This document shows, piece after piece, positions 13,355 through 25,600 of a DNA stretch of 64,000 bases. Source of the stretch: Bugula neritina (taxonomy: Eukaryota; Animalia; Bryozoa); NCBI GenBank assembly GCA_964035545.1, contig OZ037767.1, positions 22,398,628 to 22,462,627 on the forward strand. Direction: 5' to 3'. The stretch's first letter is position 1, and every line of letters starts with the position of its first letter. Below the pieces are notes generated by a model. That model was given only the letters and a program-made list of their open reading frames with translations. It did no database searches and was not told the origin of the DNA. The position numbers and the translations under genes were made by a program.

Positions 13355-15125
13355 ATGTTGCTCTTCAAAGCTCAGCTGATAATGGCATGCTGTTTAGTCA
13401 GCGTAACTTCCAAATACCTTTCTAGAACTAAAAGAAGTTTTGACAGCAATTTGGGCGATGAGTTCTTTAAAGTAGGATTCGCGAATGGTGATGACATGTT
13501 TATAGATGCATTTGGTGAAAGTAATTTTCCAAGGTAACTGGGTACATTCTCTATCTATCTATACATGCTAAACAGAACAAGTGGTTGTAACTTTTAAATG
13601 CAAGACTTTTAGATTACGATCAACAGTTATAGAATATAATAATTTTATTAACATACCATTTGTCAAAGAACTGATTGATATTATAATTGACATATGAATT
13701 TGTATTTGAAGCTTGTCTTATAAAATAATTAGAAAAGGTTTGCTGAAATCTAATTGTAAACAAAAGATGCAAAATGATTGATTGGAATATGTCTTTAGCG
13801 TGTCACTAACCCTTTTTGCAGGTTGCTAAATGATCAATATAATTTGTGCTTTAAAAATCAGTTACAGTTCTGGGTTTGGATTTGCTAACAATGTGAAGGC
13901 TACTACACCTGTCGCAGCAACAATGGCAGAGGTGACTGACTACGCCACCACGAGACGTCCTCAACGACCTGCTGCCGATTATGGTTCAGAAGGTGGTGCC
14001 AGGCAGCGAGCTACAAACCCTCCTGTTACAGTCTACGCAGATCCTACGGCATACCCAGAAATCAGAACAGAATATCAAAGAACAACAGTTGCTGCTCCCG
14101 GTGAAAACCAGTATCCCTCAGAAGGTGGTGCCAGGCAGCGAGCTACAAACCCTCCTGTTACAGTCTACGCAGATCCTACGGCATATCCAGAAATTAGAAC
14201 AGAGTATCAAAGAACAACAGTTGCTGTTCCCGGTGAAAACCAGTATGCACGTGTTACCTCAGCTATGACATGGGGTGACAATTACAAAGCTCCAGCTAAC
14301 CACCAAGGAAACACTCACAGACCAGTAGCTGGACCATCATACAAGCAGCCATCTGCAAGACCAGCAACTAACTACGACAACAACCGTTATGTACAACCAC
14401 ATCAATCTAGAGGTACTCGACCGCCAGGTGTCAAACCCAACTTTCGACCACCACATGTGCAGCCACGATTTAGGCCAGCAGGAGTTGAACCAAACTACCG
14501 ACCAACTTCTGCAAGACCAGCCCCATACAATCCAGCCCCATATAACCCAGCCCCATCTAGACCAGCCCCATATAACCCAGCCCCATCTAGACCAGCTCCA
14601 TCTAGACCAGCCCCATATAACCCAGCCCCATCTAGACCAGCCCCATATAACCCAGCCCCATCTAGACCAGCCCCATACAATCCAGCCCCATCTAGACCAG
14701 CCCCATCTAGACCAGCCCCATATAACCCAGCCCCATCTAGACCAGCCCCATACAATCCAGGTTCAGCAAGACCAGCCCCATACAACCCAGCTCCATCTAA
14801 ACCAGACCCATACAACCCAGCTCCATCTAGACCAGCCCCATACAACCCAGCTCCATCTAGACCAGCCCCATACAACCCAGCCCCATCTAGACCAGCTCCT
14901 GTTCAACCAAGACCAGCTCCTGTTCAACCAAAACCTGCTCCTGTACCCGTACCACGTGTACCAGCTCCTGTACCAGTGCCACGTGTACCTGCTCCTGCAC
15001 CTGTACCACGTGTACCAGCTCCTGTACCTGCTCCTTCTCCAGATTCAGATTTTACGTCATCAACTTCTTCCTCCACCACATGGCCAACTAGTAGTAGCAG
15101 TTCCACAACAACAGAAAGTAGCTAG
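13355..15125 (+). CDS. Gene B: secreted Pro/Ala/Tyr/Arg-rich repetitive protein (~478 aa), 2 exons
   Basis: Exon 1 13355-13533 MLLFKAQLIMACCLVSVTSKYLSRTKRSFDSNLGDEFF... (signal peptide, furin-type RTKR, donor AG|gtaact). Exon 2 starts at 13868 (ttacag; alternative in-frame acceptor gives 13862) and runs to TAG 15123-15125; phase 2, in frame with ORF 13830-15125. AATAAA at 15299. Confidence 0.88.
13986..14246 (+). repeat. Coding tandem duplication, 2 x 132 bp (44 aa), in gene B
   Basis: SEGGARQRATNPPVTVYADPTAYPEIRTEYQRTTVA[AV]PGENQY twice; differences mostly synonymous. Confidence 0.95.
14517..14891 (+). repeat. Coding 15-bp repeat array, 25 pentapeptides (PAPYN / PAPSR and variants), in gene B
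   Basis: ccagccccata[ct]aa[ct] and ccagc[ct]ccatctaga units, counted from the translation. Confidence 0.95.
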
Positions 15126-16616
15126 ACAATATTCAACTCGAGTACTTGAAGTGAAGCAGATGCTCTTACATTTATTATCAAATTGCTTGGGTGCTGACTA
15201 CTTCTTATCAATATATATATTCACTGAATGATATTAATTTATCACCATCATTTTTTATTTAATTATTTTTCTCAAGGCAAATTTGTTGTGTAAATGGCAA
15301 TAAAGATTAGAATGGCTGAAAAACAAAGAGCCTTCCCTAAAAGTATATTTTATAAAACAATAAAAAGCATCTACAGAGCTTTAGTTGATTATTGTGCCTG
15401 TATTTTCATGTAGTGAATTACTATTATTCTGACTCAGCCATTAAACTTTATAATTCAGTTTTAGATTATATTATGATGTATGCTAAACTCTCAGAGATCA
15501 ATCGAGTTGAAGTGCCATGTGTTAAGAGGTGACTTAAATCTAAGCCATGCAATAAATTATTCTTAACATCTTAAGTTAATGCCGATTAATTCATTTTTAT
15601 TACTGCTAATAGGCTTTTCTCTAAGTTAGCTCTTTCATTAATTGATAGATGCTACTTTGAACGCACAAGTACCAGGAATGACACTAATAAGCAATACAAG
15701 TTTCAACTACAATAGTTACAATATTTTTATTCTGGTAACAAATAGTGAAATCAAAAAATATCATATAGTACATAATATAATTGCATATATAAAACTACAG
15801 CGTTTCGATTTGTTGCACATATGAGTAAATTTTTAGCCATCTAAATAAGATTAATGGCTAATTTGGGCAATATGTCCACCTATGGTAATGATCTTTGCTC
15901 TTGGAATTCTCTGTAACTGAAAGCATATACATTGCATAACAAATTGAATTACAAGTTTAGGTGCCACAATAATACAATATGTTAACCCAACTGTTGTAAT
16001 TACCAGTGCGTCAAGGGTTATATTCTCTGTGTAACTTTTGTTAAAAATACTAAATTACAATAAATATATACAATTACTACTAACATGATAATTTAAAAAA
16101 GAAAATTACATATACATATGGTTTTTATTATGAAAGTCTTTGAAAATTTTTTTAGCAAACTCTAATTTTTGTTTATAGTTTGAAATGGGATTTTTTTATT
16201 AGCACTTTGATGTTAAACCACTAAGACTGATTAATTGAAATAAAACCATTTTTAATCCGAAATAATTTTAACACTTTGTTTAAATCTTTAATTAATTTTG
16301 CAAAAGTGGGCACATTTTATTTCTATGACCCATTCACACTGCATACATGACAAAAAATATTCATGCTCAAGCTTTCCACCAGATCTAGCCAATCAGCAGA
16401 TAGCTTACATCCTAATGACCAAGAATGTTGTAGAGTGCATTATAACTTCAACATAATTGCAAGAAAGAAGTAAATATTTACCTCAGTTATATAGCACAAT
16501 ATCTGCTAATTGGTGTAGGCAACTCATCAAATAATAAAAATTCCGAATAATACAGTATATGATTTAAATATTAGTATTATGAAACTCAATAAACTAATCA
16601 ATTATTCAGAAATCTA

Positions 16617-16698
16617 TAGAAGCAGCACCGAGTTGGAGATGACTGAGTATACTATTTGTATACAGATTGTTGTCAAAACCCCAAACCCCTGCACTCCG
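16617..16698 (+). mobile_element. Partial copy of the ~138-bp TA-ended MITE family
   Basis: tagaagcagcaccgagttggagatgactgagtatactatttgta... aligns with the left end of 24999-25136. Confidence 0.65.
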
Positions 16699-17335
16699 TG
16701 ACCATCAATTCTATGTGGTTTCAAGCGATTTTCGTAATCGTAGTTTCTGTAACATTAGAGCCTCAGTTACCAAAAATAATTTTTGGTAATTTTATGAGGG
16801 CTATCATATGTCCCACCCTACAAAAAATTAGTACTATAAATGTAGTTAGATCCACATATTATATGTAGAAAGCACAATTCCAAATAACAAATGTAGGTAA
16901 TTCCATAGTGCATGTTATTTAAATGTATGTAGAGGCAGACATACTGTATTATGGTTTAATATCATTATATTATATTACGTTATAAGGAAATATGATGAAT
17001 CATAATATAGTCTGCTAAGCAGATGTTAATTAGGTTTATGTTCAAATTATCACTTTTACTGCAAGGTGATATGAGTCAGTAAGCTAATACTCTGGCAACC
17101 AATTGCATACTATATCAGACTATAAACTTGAAAGGGGTGACGAAATAGTAATACAATTCCAGTTACACACTATGTCTTGTCTATAGATATATAATTCATT
17201 ATAGGTATGGCTAGCAAGGGATAGACTCAAGTTCCTACAGCTAGAAATAGTAAAATGAAAAATTAACATTGTTGCAATATATCAGACTGTGAACTTGAAA
17301 AAAACTCATGCAAGTTTATAGTCATCATTCCTGTG

Positions 17336-17497
17336 AGAAAGTGTTTTTAAGCTAGTTAAGGATATATTTATGTGTGGTACAGAAGCAATTATGATTCGAT
17401 GTTTTTCATAACATAACCAAGGGCCTTTATCAGGCTCGAACTCGTGACTGTGTTTACTAAGCCAAACACTCTAGCCCCTATGCCCCATGGCTGCTCC
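17336..17497 (-). mobile_element. tRNA-derived SINE
   Basis: Minus strand GGAGCAGCCATGGGGCATAGGGGCTAGAG (A box-like) ... GAGTTCGAGCC (B box); body homologous to 57225-57392 (shared cagaagcaattatga). Confidence 0.75.
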
Positions 17498-18968
17498 AGT
17501 AAGGCAATTCCACCTATACACTATGGCTTTTTTGTTGTTATGTAACTATTTACAGTATATAGTAAGCTAAGAATGAACTCAAGCCCCTACAGCTGGAAGT
17601 AGTAAAATGAAGAACCAATCACACATTACTATAGCTTAGAGTTGATTAATTGAAACACATTATTTTTATACATAGATAAAATATAAAATATAATATATAT
17701 ATTATATATATATATTTTATGCATTGATATATTATATATATATTTTACCAACTAACTCATCGATAGTAAGTTTAAAATGCTTGATGTCCTAAAATAAACT
17801 AAATCAAAATATATAAAAGCTCAAAAAAGAATAGCGCTTATAATCTATTTAATAAAGCAAAATAAGAAAAAAATTCTATAAACTAAGAATTACCCAGAAC
17901 AGCTTCTCACATATAATCAAATGATATAAAAGCAGGTTTCATTATAGCATGAAGAAAATTATGGAAACATTTCATCCATCATTACAAGAATCTTATTCTC
18001 ACTTCACAGCGGCAAGGTATGAGCAGTCTGCCTGTGCTGAGACATGCTCGCATATTAGTTTACGCAACAGACTTAGCTTATAACATAAGAATAGAAAATA
18101 CACCCCAGCAAGGTGTATTATAACATGGGCTGCCCACTATTCACAAGCATGATTACAATATACACAGCCAAAATCTACTACATAGTCTAAAAGTTTACAT
18201 TTGTGTGTTTTGTCCCATAATTTCTTTCTAAATATTAGTATGATATATTTTAACTTTAACTGAATAAAAACATATAACCAAGGATGAATGGTGTATATAA
18301 TTTAGATGCATATAATTCTTATTAATTTTCATTAAGAGGTTTTTGTCAACTATGCGTCATTGGTATTTTTAATATCAAATCAACAATAAGTTTTTGATTC
18401 AAAGAATAAAAAGATCAAAAAATGTCGCCTTTTTTAAGACTATAGCTTGACTAAAGATCATTCGTTATTAATGTCTGTGAGCATAAAACATTAGGTTGTA
18501 AGTTAGCATCAACCTAATTATCACTTATTTGTAATAACAAGACTTTCAAGCAGCACCAGATACTGTGCAGACTCTATTGAAACATATACCATATAATATT
18601 AACAAATCATACCAATCTGTGTTACCATACATAATACTATAACAGCATGACAATTTTTGTTACCACATAATATACAATACCATGACACACTGGGTTACCA
18701 CATACTACTATAACACCATGACAGTCTGTGTTACTACATAATACTACAGCACCAAGACAAACTGCGTTACTTATCATGGTATTGCTATGCGTGAAACTTT
18801 GTTACTATGCATAATCATAATACAATATTATACTTTAGAGTAAAACTTATACAGTATCATAATAGATGTTGCTCTATGGTTTACATGGAAGAAGACAGTG
18901 TTTGAAATACAAGTAATGCATGCCATACATTCAGTAGCTCTTTATAATTTATTGATGGTTGTTTTGCA

Positions 18969-19410
18969 GCGTGTGTGCAGCGTGTGTGCTGTGTGCGTGC
19001 TGTGTGCGTGCAGCGTGCGTGCTGTGTGCGTGCTGTGTGCGTGCTGTGTGCGTGCTGTGTGCGTGCTGTGTGCGTGCTGTGTGCGTGCTGTGTGCGTGGT
19101 GCTGTGTGCGTGCTGTGTGCGTGCTGTGTGCGTGGTGCTGTGTGCGTGCTGTGTGCGTGCTGTGTGCGTGCTGTGTGCGTGCTGTGTGCGTGTTGTATGC
19201 GTGCTGTGTGCGTGCTGTGTGCGTGCTGTGTGCGTGCTGTGTGCGTGCTGTGTGCGTGCTGTGTGCGTGCTGTGTGCGTGCTGTGTGCGTGCTGTGTGCG
19301 TGCTGTGTGCGTGCTGTGTGCGTGCTGTGTGCGTGCTGTGTGCGTGCTGTGTCCGTGCTGTGTGCGTGCTGTGTGCGTGCTGTGTGCGTGCTGTGTGCGT
19401 GCTGTGTGTG
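18969..19410. repeat. 11-bp minisatellite (GCTGTGTGCGT)n, ~40 copies
   Basis: Directly visible; source of the Cys/Val/Ala-rich ORFs in three frames. Confidence 0.95.
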
Positions 19411-22400
19411 TGTCGTATGGGATTTGTGTGTTATTTTATCATAATGCTGGTTTTAAATAGAAAGCAATAATTCTTCAGATATATAACTTTAATTATTAGG
19501 GTTAAGGAAACTTGTCTGTTGATTAAATACGGTATTTACATATTTTTTGTCAATTATAATAATTATTGAAATAGGAAATTGGCTGAACTAGCAGACTGAC
19601 ACGTGCCTCACGTCAGTAAAAAGTTATTGCTATGGCAACTAATGTTTGGTGCTTGTCTTACCAACTATCAAAGCATACACAAGAGCTGCTAACCTATCCC
19701 AGACTAAATGATTTATGAAAGAGATTAGTTTGGCAATCACCTCCTTTTATTAAAAATAACTGTCATAAATTATAAAATAATCCTTTGAGATTAGTCTAGT
19801 GACAGGAAATAACTTAATAGGCTTAGGGTAATCATCGGTAAAAAGCAAAGAAGTTACCATACTGCATTTATAAACTGATTTATGAACTGAATCATAGTTT
19901 ATGTTCTGCTAGATTAAAAAAGAAAGTTTTTGTCAAGTATAGCCATTTGCAAAGGCCCTTGTGATATCCTTTTATAATTAAAACGAGCAGTGTATAATGA
20001 GCTGAAAACACATGCAGTACATTCAATGTAACTAGTAAAACACCAGTTGTAAGTTTTTAGCAGAAAAGGTGCATTTGATGTTTCAGGTGATATGCATAAA
20101 TCTGGAGTTTATAAAAAATGCTTTGTCAAAAGTGTTTAAAATTATTCTGTTATCTTTGATTTTATTAAGCATTTGGTTTCTGCCTCATTATGTGACAAAT
20201 AGATGTGTTTTAACTAGTTTATGAGACATATATAAGACTATAAGAAATAACATAGACAAAGAAATATGCTGATTACAAATATAATGCAACTAACAATCTT
20301 TCATTCATATAAGATATTACAACTACAATTTGATAACATAAAAATATAAATTGCTATCAACTTGCATTACAGTAGCAATGAAGTAACAATTAATTGATAT
20401 CATAATAACAGCAGCAGACAAATTTTTAGATTTTAAACACGTATTTTAAGAAACATTTGTTTTTATAAACATGAGTAAACATAATGTTGGGTCACTAATT
20501 TTAATTCACTGTAGCTACTACTAAGCAAACAGGGTGTTGTGTGTATTACAATGTAAAGTTCACATACAAATTAACTAAAAATAAATACAGTTAAGCTGAC
20601 TAGTTTAAATTCTGCTCAATAATACGCTGCAGCCAACTAGTTGCTTTGAGACTAGTAACAATACAATAGTTGTCCATTCAATTGTCTATATTCATCAAAA
20701 AACAAAATTACACTTTTATGAACCATAATATTATAATTATAGTGAAGGTGTTCGAATGCCAGGTAGCCAGTAGCTTAAGCACACACACATACACCAACTA
20801 TTGGAAGTCTTCCAAAGCGAATATTAACAAAATATGTGATCTGCTACTATTTAGGAATTTAAGGTCATTCCAGTTTGACTTAAAGAGTTCTGTGCTATTA
20901 CCTGATTGAAGATATTCATGGTTGATTAATAATGTCAAATATAGGGGTGTTAGTGCACTTGAGGCTAATGTGATTTGAAGATTACTATGCAGTAGCTCTT
21001 TTCATCTTTAAAAATATATTCTAAAGCTGAAATGAAGTATGCTTTAATAGAAAGAGCAGAATGCCATTAGTAGCGTTAAGCTTCTGGTCACATGTTTTGA
21101 CAGAACAAACCTGAGATATGATGTTAAGGAATAAATTCAGTTAAAATTTCTGTTTTCTAAAAATTTTAAATTTATCTAATCAGCTCTATAAAAGTATAAA
21201 AAGAATAAAAATGTTGCTGTAATGTGAGAGGGTGCTTTAGTGAGCTGAGGTATCACTCGCAGCAAAAACGTATAATTATTCAAAAAATTGCATAATTCTG
21301 TGAGAAAACTAAAATTCTAATAAAAGCATTTTTAATTGATTTTTCCATTGATATAAAATCATTGTGATATTACTTGCTGCCATTAAAAAATTTTCCCCAG
21401 CCTAATTAAATCATTTTGTGAAATTGCAATATATAAAGCTTTATTCAGTGGCCATTTAAAATTGGTAATGGTTTTCGCTCTTGAATTCCATACAGATGAG
21501 AACTTCATAATTTGTAGATATATAAACTCATATTTTGAGTTTTAAACTTTTTAACACACTTTAAATGATGTTTTTATGACCAAATACCTTATCGGTTATA
21601 TTGAGTTTATCTGCTGTTAATGACTTATAAAATAACCTTATAAGGCAAAAAAACGTTATACATAACTGCATTTGCCTGTCAAACTATTTTAAAAAGTCAA
21701 CAAGTTGTCAACATATTTTACTTAGAAATAAAATTCATGAAAATCTAGATATTCAACTGACTTTGTTGCAAACAAGTTTTTGGTATACGTAGTTCAACAT
21801 TTGTGCTAGTACTAAAGTGGAATGCAAGCAGGCAATTAAACTTTGCTAATGTGATAGATATATGATCAGAAGTTGCAGCATTATAATAGCATATATATTT
21901 AGATATTGAAAATCTCAAGTATAGTTTCTCTATTTACATTTCAATTTCTTTTGTCAGCACACTTTCATTTTTTCAAAATTATGTCAGTAAACAATGATTT
22001 GATGTAATTTTTACTAAAAACTAGAACTTTACCTTTCAAGAGTAAACACTATACTAAGAACTTTTAAAGAAATACTTTGAGGCAAAGAATTTGGTAACGT
22101 GAGTTTCTTTATCAAGTTACGGTATATGGCTTCACCATCACACTTGTGTAAATTGGTTACTGAAAAAGTAGGTGTGTTTAAAAATTTTCATTTCAACTAA
22201 CAGCAAGAACTCAAACAGGAAGCAACTATGTGAAATGAGCTGTAAAATAAATATCAAATTGATTAACCACTTTAGAAAGATTTATTTAAGGTAATCCTAT
22301 TGGATTACCAGCACTCGCATAACTCAGTTAATTAGAAATTGGAGTACGTCTGAAAGTAGTTTGAGTTTTACAGTAGGCTTTAACAGTTAGCTAGGGAACA

Positions 22401-22674
22401 CACTGCAACATCTACCAAAATAATGAAATTGAAGGTTAGGATCTTAGGTCTAATGTCACAAGATTATATCTTCAAGTTTTTAAGATGCCGAAGTGTGTAT
22501 TAAAGATGCCAACTTTTAAGCCTGATATATTACCTGGCATGGACAAAATGTGACAAATATAGAAGCTAACATCCATCACCAAAGAGATATATACATATGT
22601 GCATATCCCTCTAGTCAAGTTACTTGTACTTTGGGTCTCCGAGATTCTACAAGTCTTTTTTTACAAACTCAAAG

Positions 22675-25600
22675 ATGAAAGGAAAGTGTCTTCTTGCGCT
22701 GCTTTGCCTCACAGTCTTTCTAATAGCTAGTGTTCTCAGCTATGGTAACTATGGTAGTGGCAGCAGTAGAGGTTATGCTGCCAGCCAATACAAACCTCGG
22801 TATGGTGGTAACCGGCCTCGGTATGGTGGTAACCAGCCTCGAAGAGGTTATGGAGGAAGAAGAGCAAGAGCAGGAAGGAAAGGTTATAGAGCTCATGGTC
22901 GCGGCGGCGGAAGAAGAGGCAGAAAGAGAGCACAACGCGCCCCCACTCATACACATCCACCTCCCGTGAGACCAGCACCAGCTACTAGACCACCTGTAGC
23001 TCCGAGTCCTCCTGTTCATCATCCAGCACCTCATGGAGGACACAGAACTCAAGGATACTACCCAGGAGGTGGCAGTTTAGTCGGCGGTTTATTAGGCGGA
23101 CTGAATCTAGGAAACTTCTTCAACCGTGGTGTGCTCAACGCTTTGATATTGTCCAAACTGGGTGGATTAGGAGGACTTGGTAAAGGGGTAGATGTGATTG
23201 AGTAAGTAAAACTATATTGATATTTTACACATACCTGCATGCCAATGTGGTTCTTTTCAGGTACTATTAATTTTTTAAGCATTGCACTGGTTTTGTTTAT
23301 TATTATTTCACATTGAACATGACGTAATATTAATAATCTACTTGTACTGTATTTAAAATATTTGAAAACTTGACTTTAGCTGTAAGCCATAACAAGCATA
23401 GTTAACCATTCTACACTTTGATAAAACTATTTCACACTCTTACACAGCAGTTCTCAAGTCATTTTTTATATACATATAAATCTTCAATATTTAAAATTAA
23501 AGAGATGTTTCATATAAATATTCAATTTCATTGCCACAACACTGGTTTATGCGCTCTTTATTTAGGCATAAAAATTAAAGATTACATAAAGATTACATTT
23601 TTCTTTAAGTCAATATGTTAGTATAAATCCTTCAGAATTTAAAAGCGTTGCTAAAGCCTTACTATTCTGTTTTGTAAAAGTATAATACATTGAAAAGTAT
23701 TTTTGTCAATAATTTTAATATAATTGTCACTTGTTTTAATTACATTCTTGTTGCTTATTATGAGCTAAAGTACTAAGTGAAGTACATGCTATCTAGTCAT
23801 TTAACAACTTGCACTTAATCAACAAAGCTGCTTATCAAACTTTACATAAAGTAATTTTAATTACATAAAAATAAAGTTATACTCTCAGCTATAATACAGA
23901 TAGCAAATTTTTATTTTTTCTATAAATATTCCCAGCTCAAACTTCAGTCAAAAAAATATATTTTACGATTGCTAAAATGGTTCGTCTCATTTTGAAAGGT
24001 ACCAGTACTATCGTTCTTTTTAATAATGTGTGGCAGCTCATCATTTTTAGCCTCCAAGACTTCTTTTCCTGATAAGATGCTTTGTTCTGCATGAAATAAC
24101 TTTTATTTGAGTATCAAACTTACAAATCTTTTTGCATTTAAAGGATTGCTCTATCTTGTCTAATAAATGGCCATTTAGGTCAAACACACATAATATTGTG
24201 TTTTTCTAAGCATGCATTGACAAAAAGCATTTGACCAAAGGTAGAAAAAGTTAGTTGAAGTTGAGGGTGTAGATTGATAACAGCCAAAACGCCGAATTTG
24301 AAATGAGCTGGGAACTGTGACGTAACAGCGCCAGCATTCCTGCTGGTCACGTGATTATACAAATGAATAACTATAAAAATATGACTGTGAGATGTGATCT
24401 TTCAGCTCGTAATTTGTATATTCATAGAAGTGCAAATGTGAATTATCTCAATCTATAGTTTTTTGACATGTTAAATAACATGTATGTGATAACATTAGGC
24501 GATATTTTGCTTGTAAGCATAGAAAAAAGCATTGCAAAAACATGCATTCTTTAGGATGAATGCCTGCGATAGGTCTAAACTAGGTCAGATTGTGCAATAT
24601 TACGGGCGCACCAAAGCTGACCTATATAGCGCACTGTAACTGCTTGAGCGTTATTGGTTGATGTTGCGCTCAGCAACCTTGAATACTAGCGTTATAGTTA
24701 GCACGCGCAGCATAGTTACTGGCGTTCACACGTCACGTATTAGGCTATTCTTTTTCATGGCTGAAAATTTTACCTCCCTCAAAATTGGAATTTTGAAAAG
24801 CTGTTTTCTAGGCATCTATCCCTTTGCAAAGTCACAATTGTTTGCATACACATTAGATTATAGTTCATAATTATAATGTAATTGTAATAAACTAAGATAG
24901 AGCAATCCTTTAAGTCCAGGTATTTAATTCAGCCATTTCTGGAATGAAACAGTTATGCTCTAGTGGTCAGAGTGCAGGCCTAGTAAAGCAAATATTTCTA
25001 GAAGCAGCACCAAGTTGAGGGTGATTGAGTACAGTATTTGTACATGTGTTTTTGTCAGAATTCCAGACCACCAACTCTAAACTCAAGACCTCATTGCCCA
25101 CAGTATTCACTGACTACCAATTAGGTGCTGCTTCTATTGATTTTCTAGCAGACACTATTCATGAGCTCGAGTTCATATTTTAAGTGGTTTCAAGAAGAGC
25201 ATTTAAACATAATAGATCCCTCTTTAAAAGTCTTGAAATCATGTTGCCAGCATAGTGAGAGGCACAGCTTATAGCTTGCTCAAAACTCAGTGAAATCGAG
25301 AATTTTCACTAGAAACAGATTTTAAACTAACGTCAGTTTATGGTGACCAATTACAATAAACATGTCTTATTTTATTTGTAGAAGTCATTGATTTGAAATA
25401 ATAATATAACAGCAGCCTTTTTTTTATTAAGAGTAAAACTTGTAAATAATATTCAGGAAAAAAAATTGGATTATTCAGGCTTTCACAGTTTAAAGTAATA
25501 AACAGAACAGCTGCTAAACTGTTGCAAATAAATTGAGGGCACTAGGAGATTCATGTACTTCTAGAAGGATTAGGGTATCCAGGAGTCAATGCAATGTTTG

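Noticed and set aside
14389-15231. Alternative-frame (QPHLD) and antisense (GAGLY, silk-like) ORFs over gene B
   Set aside because: Shadows of the 15-bp coding repeat; synonymous variation fits the PAPYN frame, which is the one linked to a signal-peptide exon.
18898-19470. Metallothionein- or keratin-associated-like Cys-rich ORFs
   Set aside because: An 11-bp repeat gives the same peptide in all frames; no signal peptide or splice support.
23200-23207. In-frame TAA at the splice donor of all four cluster genes, read as a regulated intron-retention switch
   Set aside because: Any phase-2 intron starting GTAA gives this automatically; not evidence by itself without transcript data.
24180-24362. 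60-aa ORF repeated at 61912-62094
   Set aside because: Internal to the two MITE copies; similarity reflects element identity, and there is no transposase motif.
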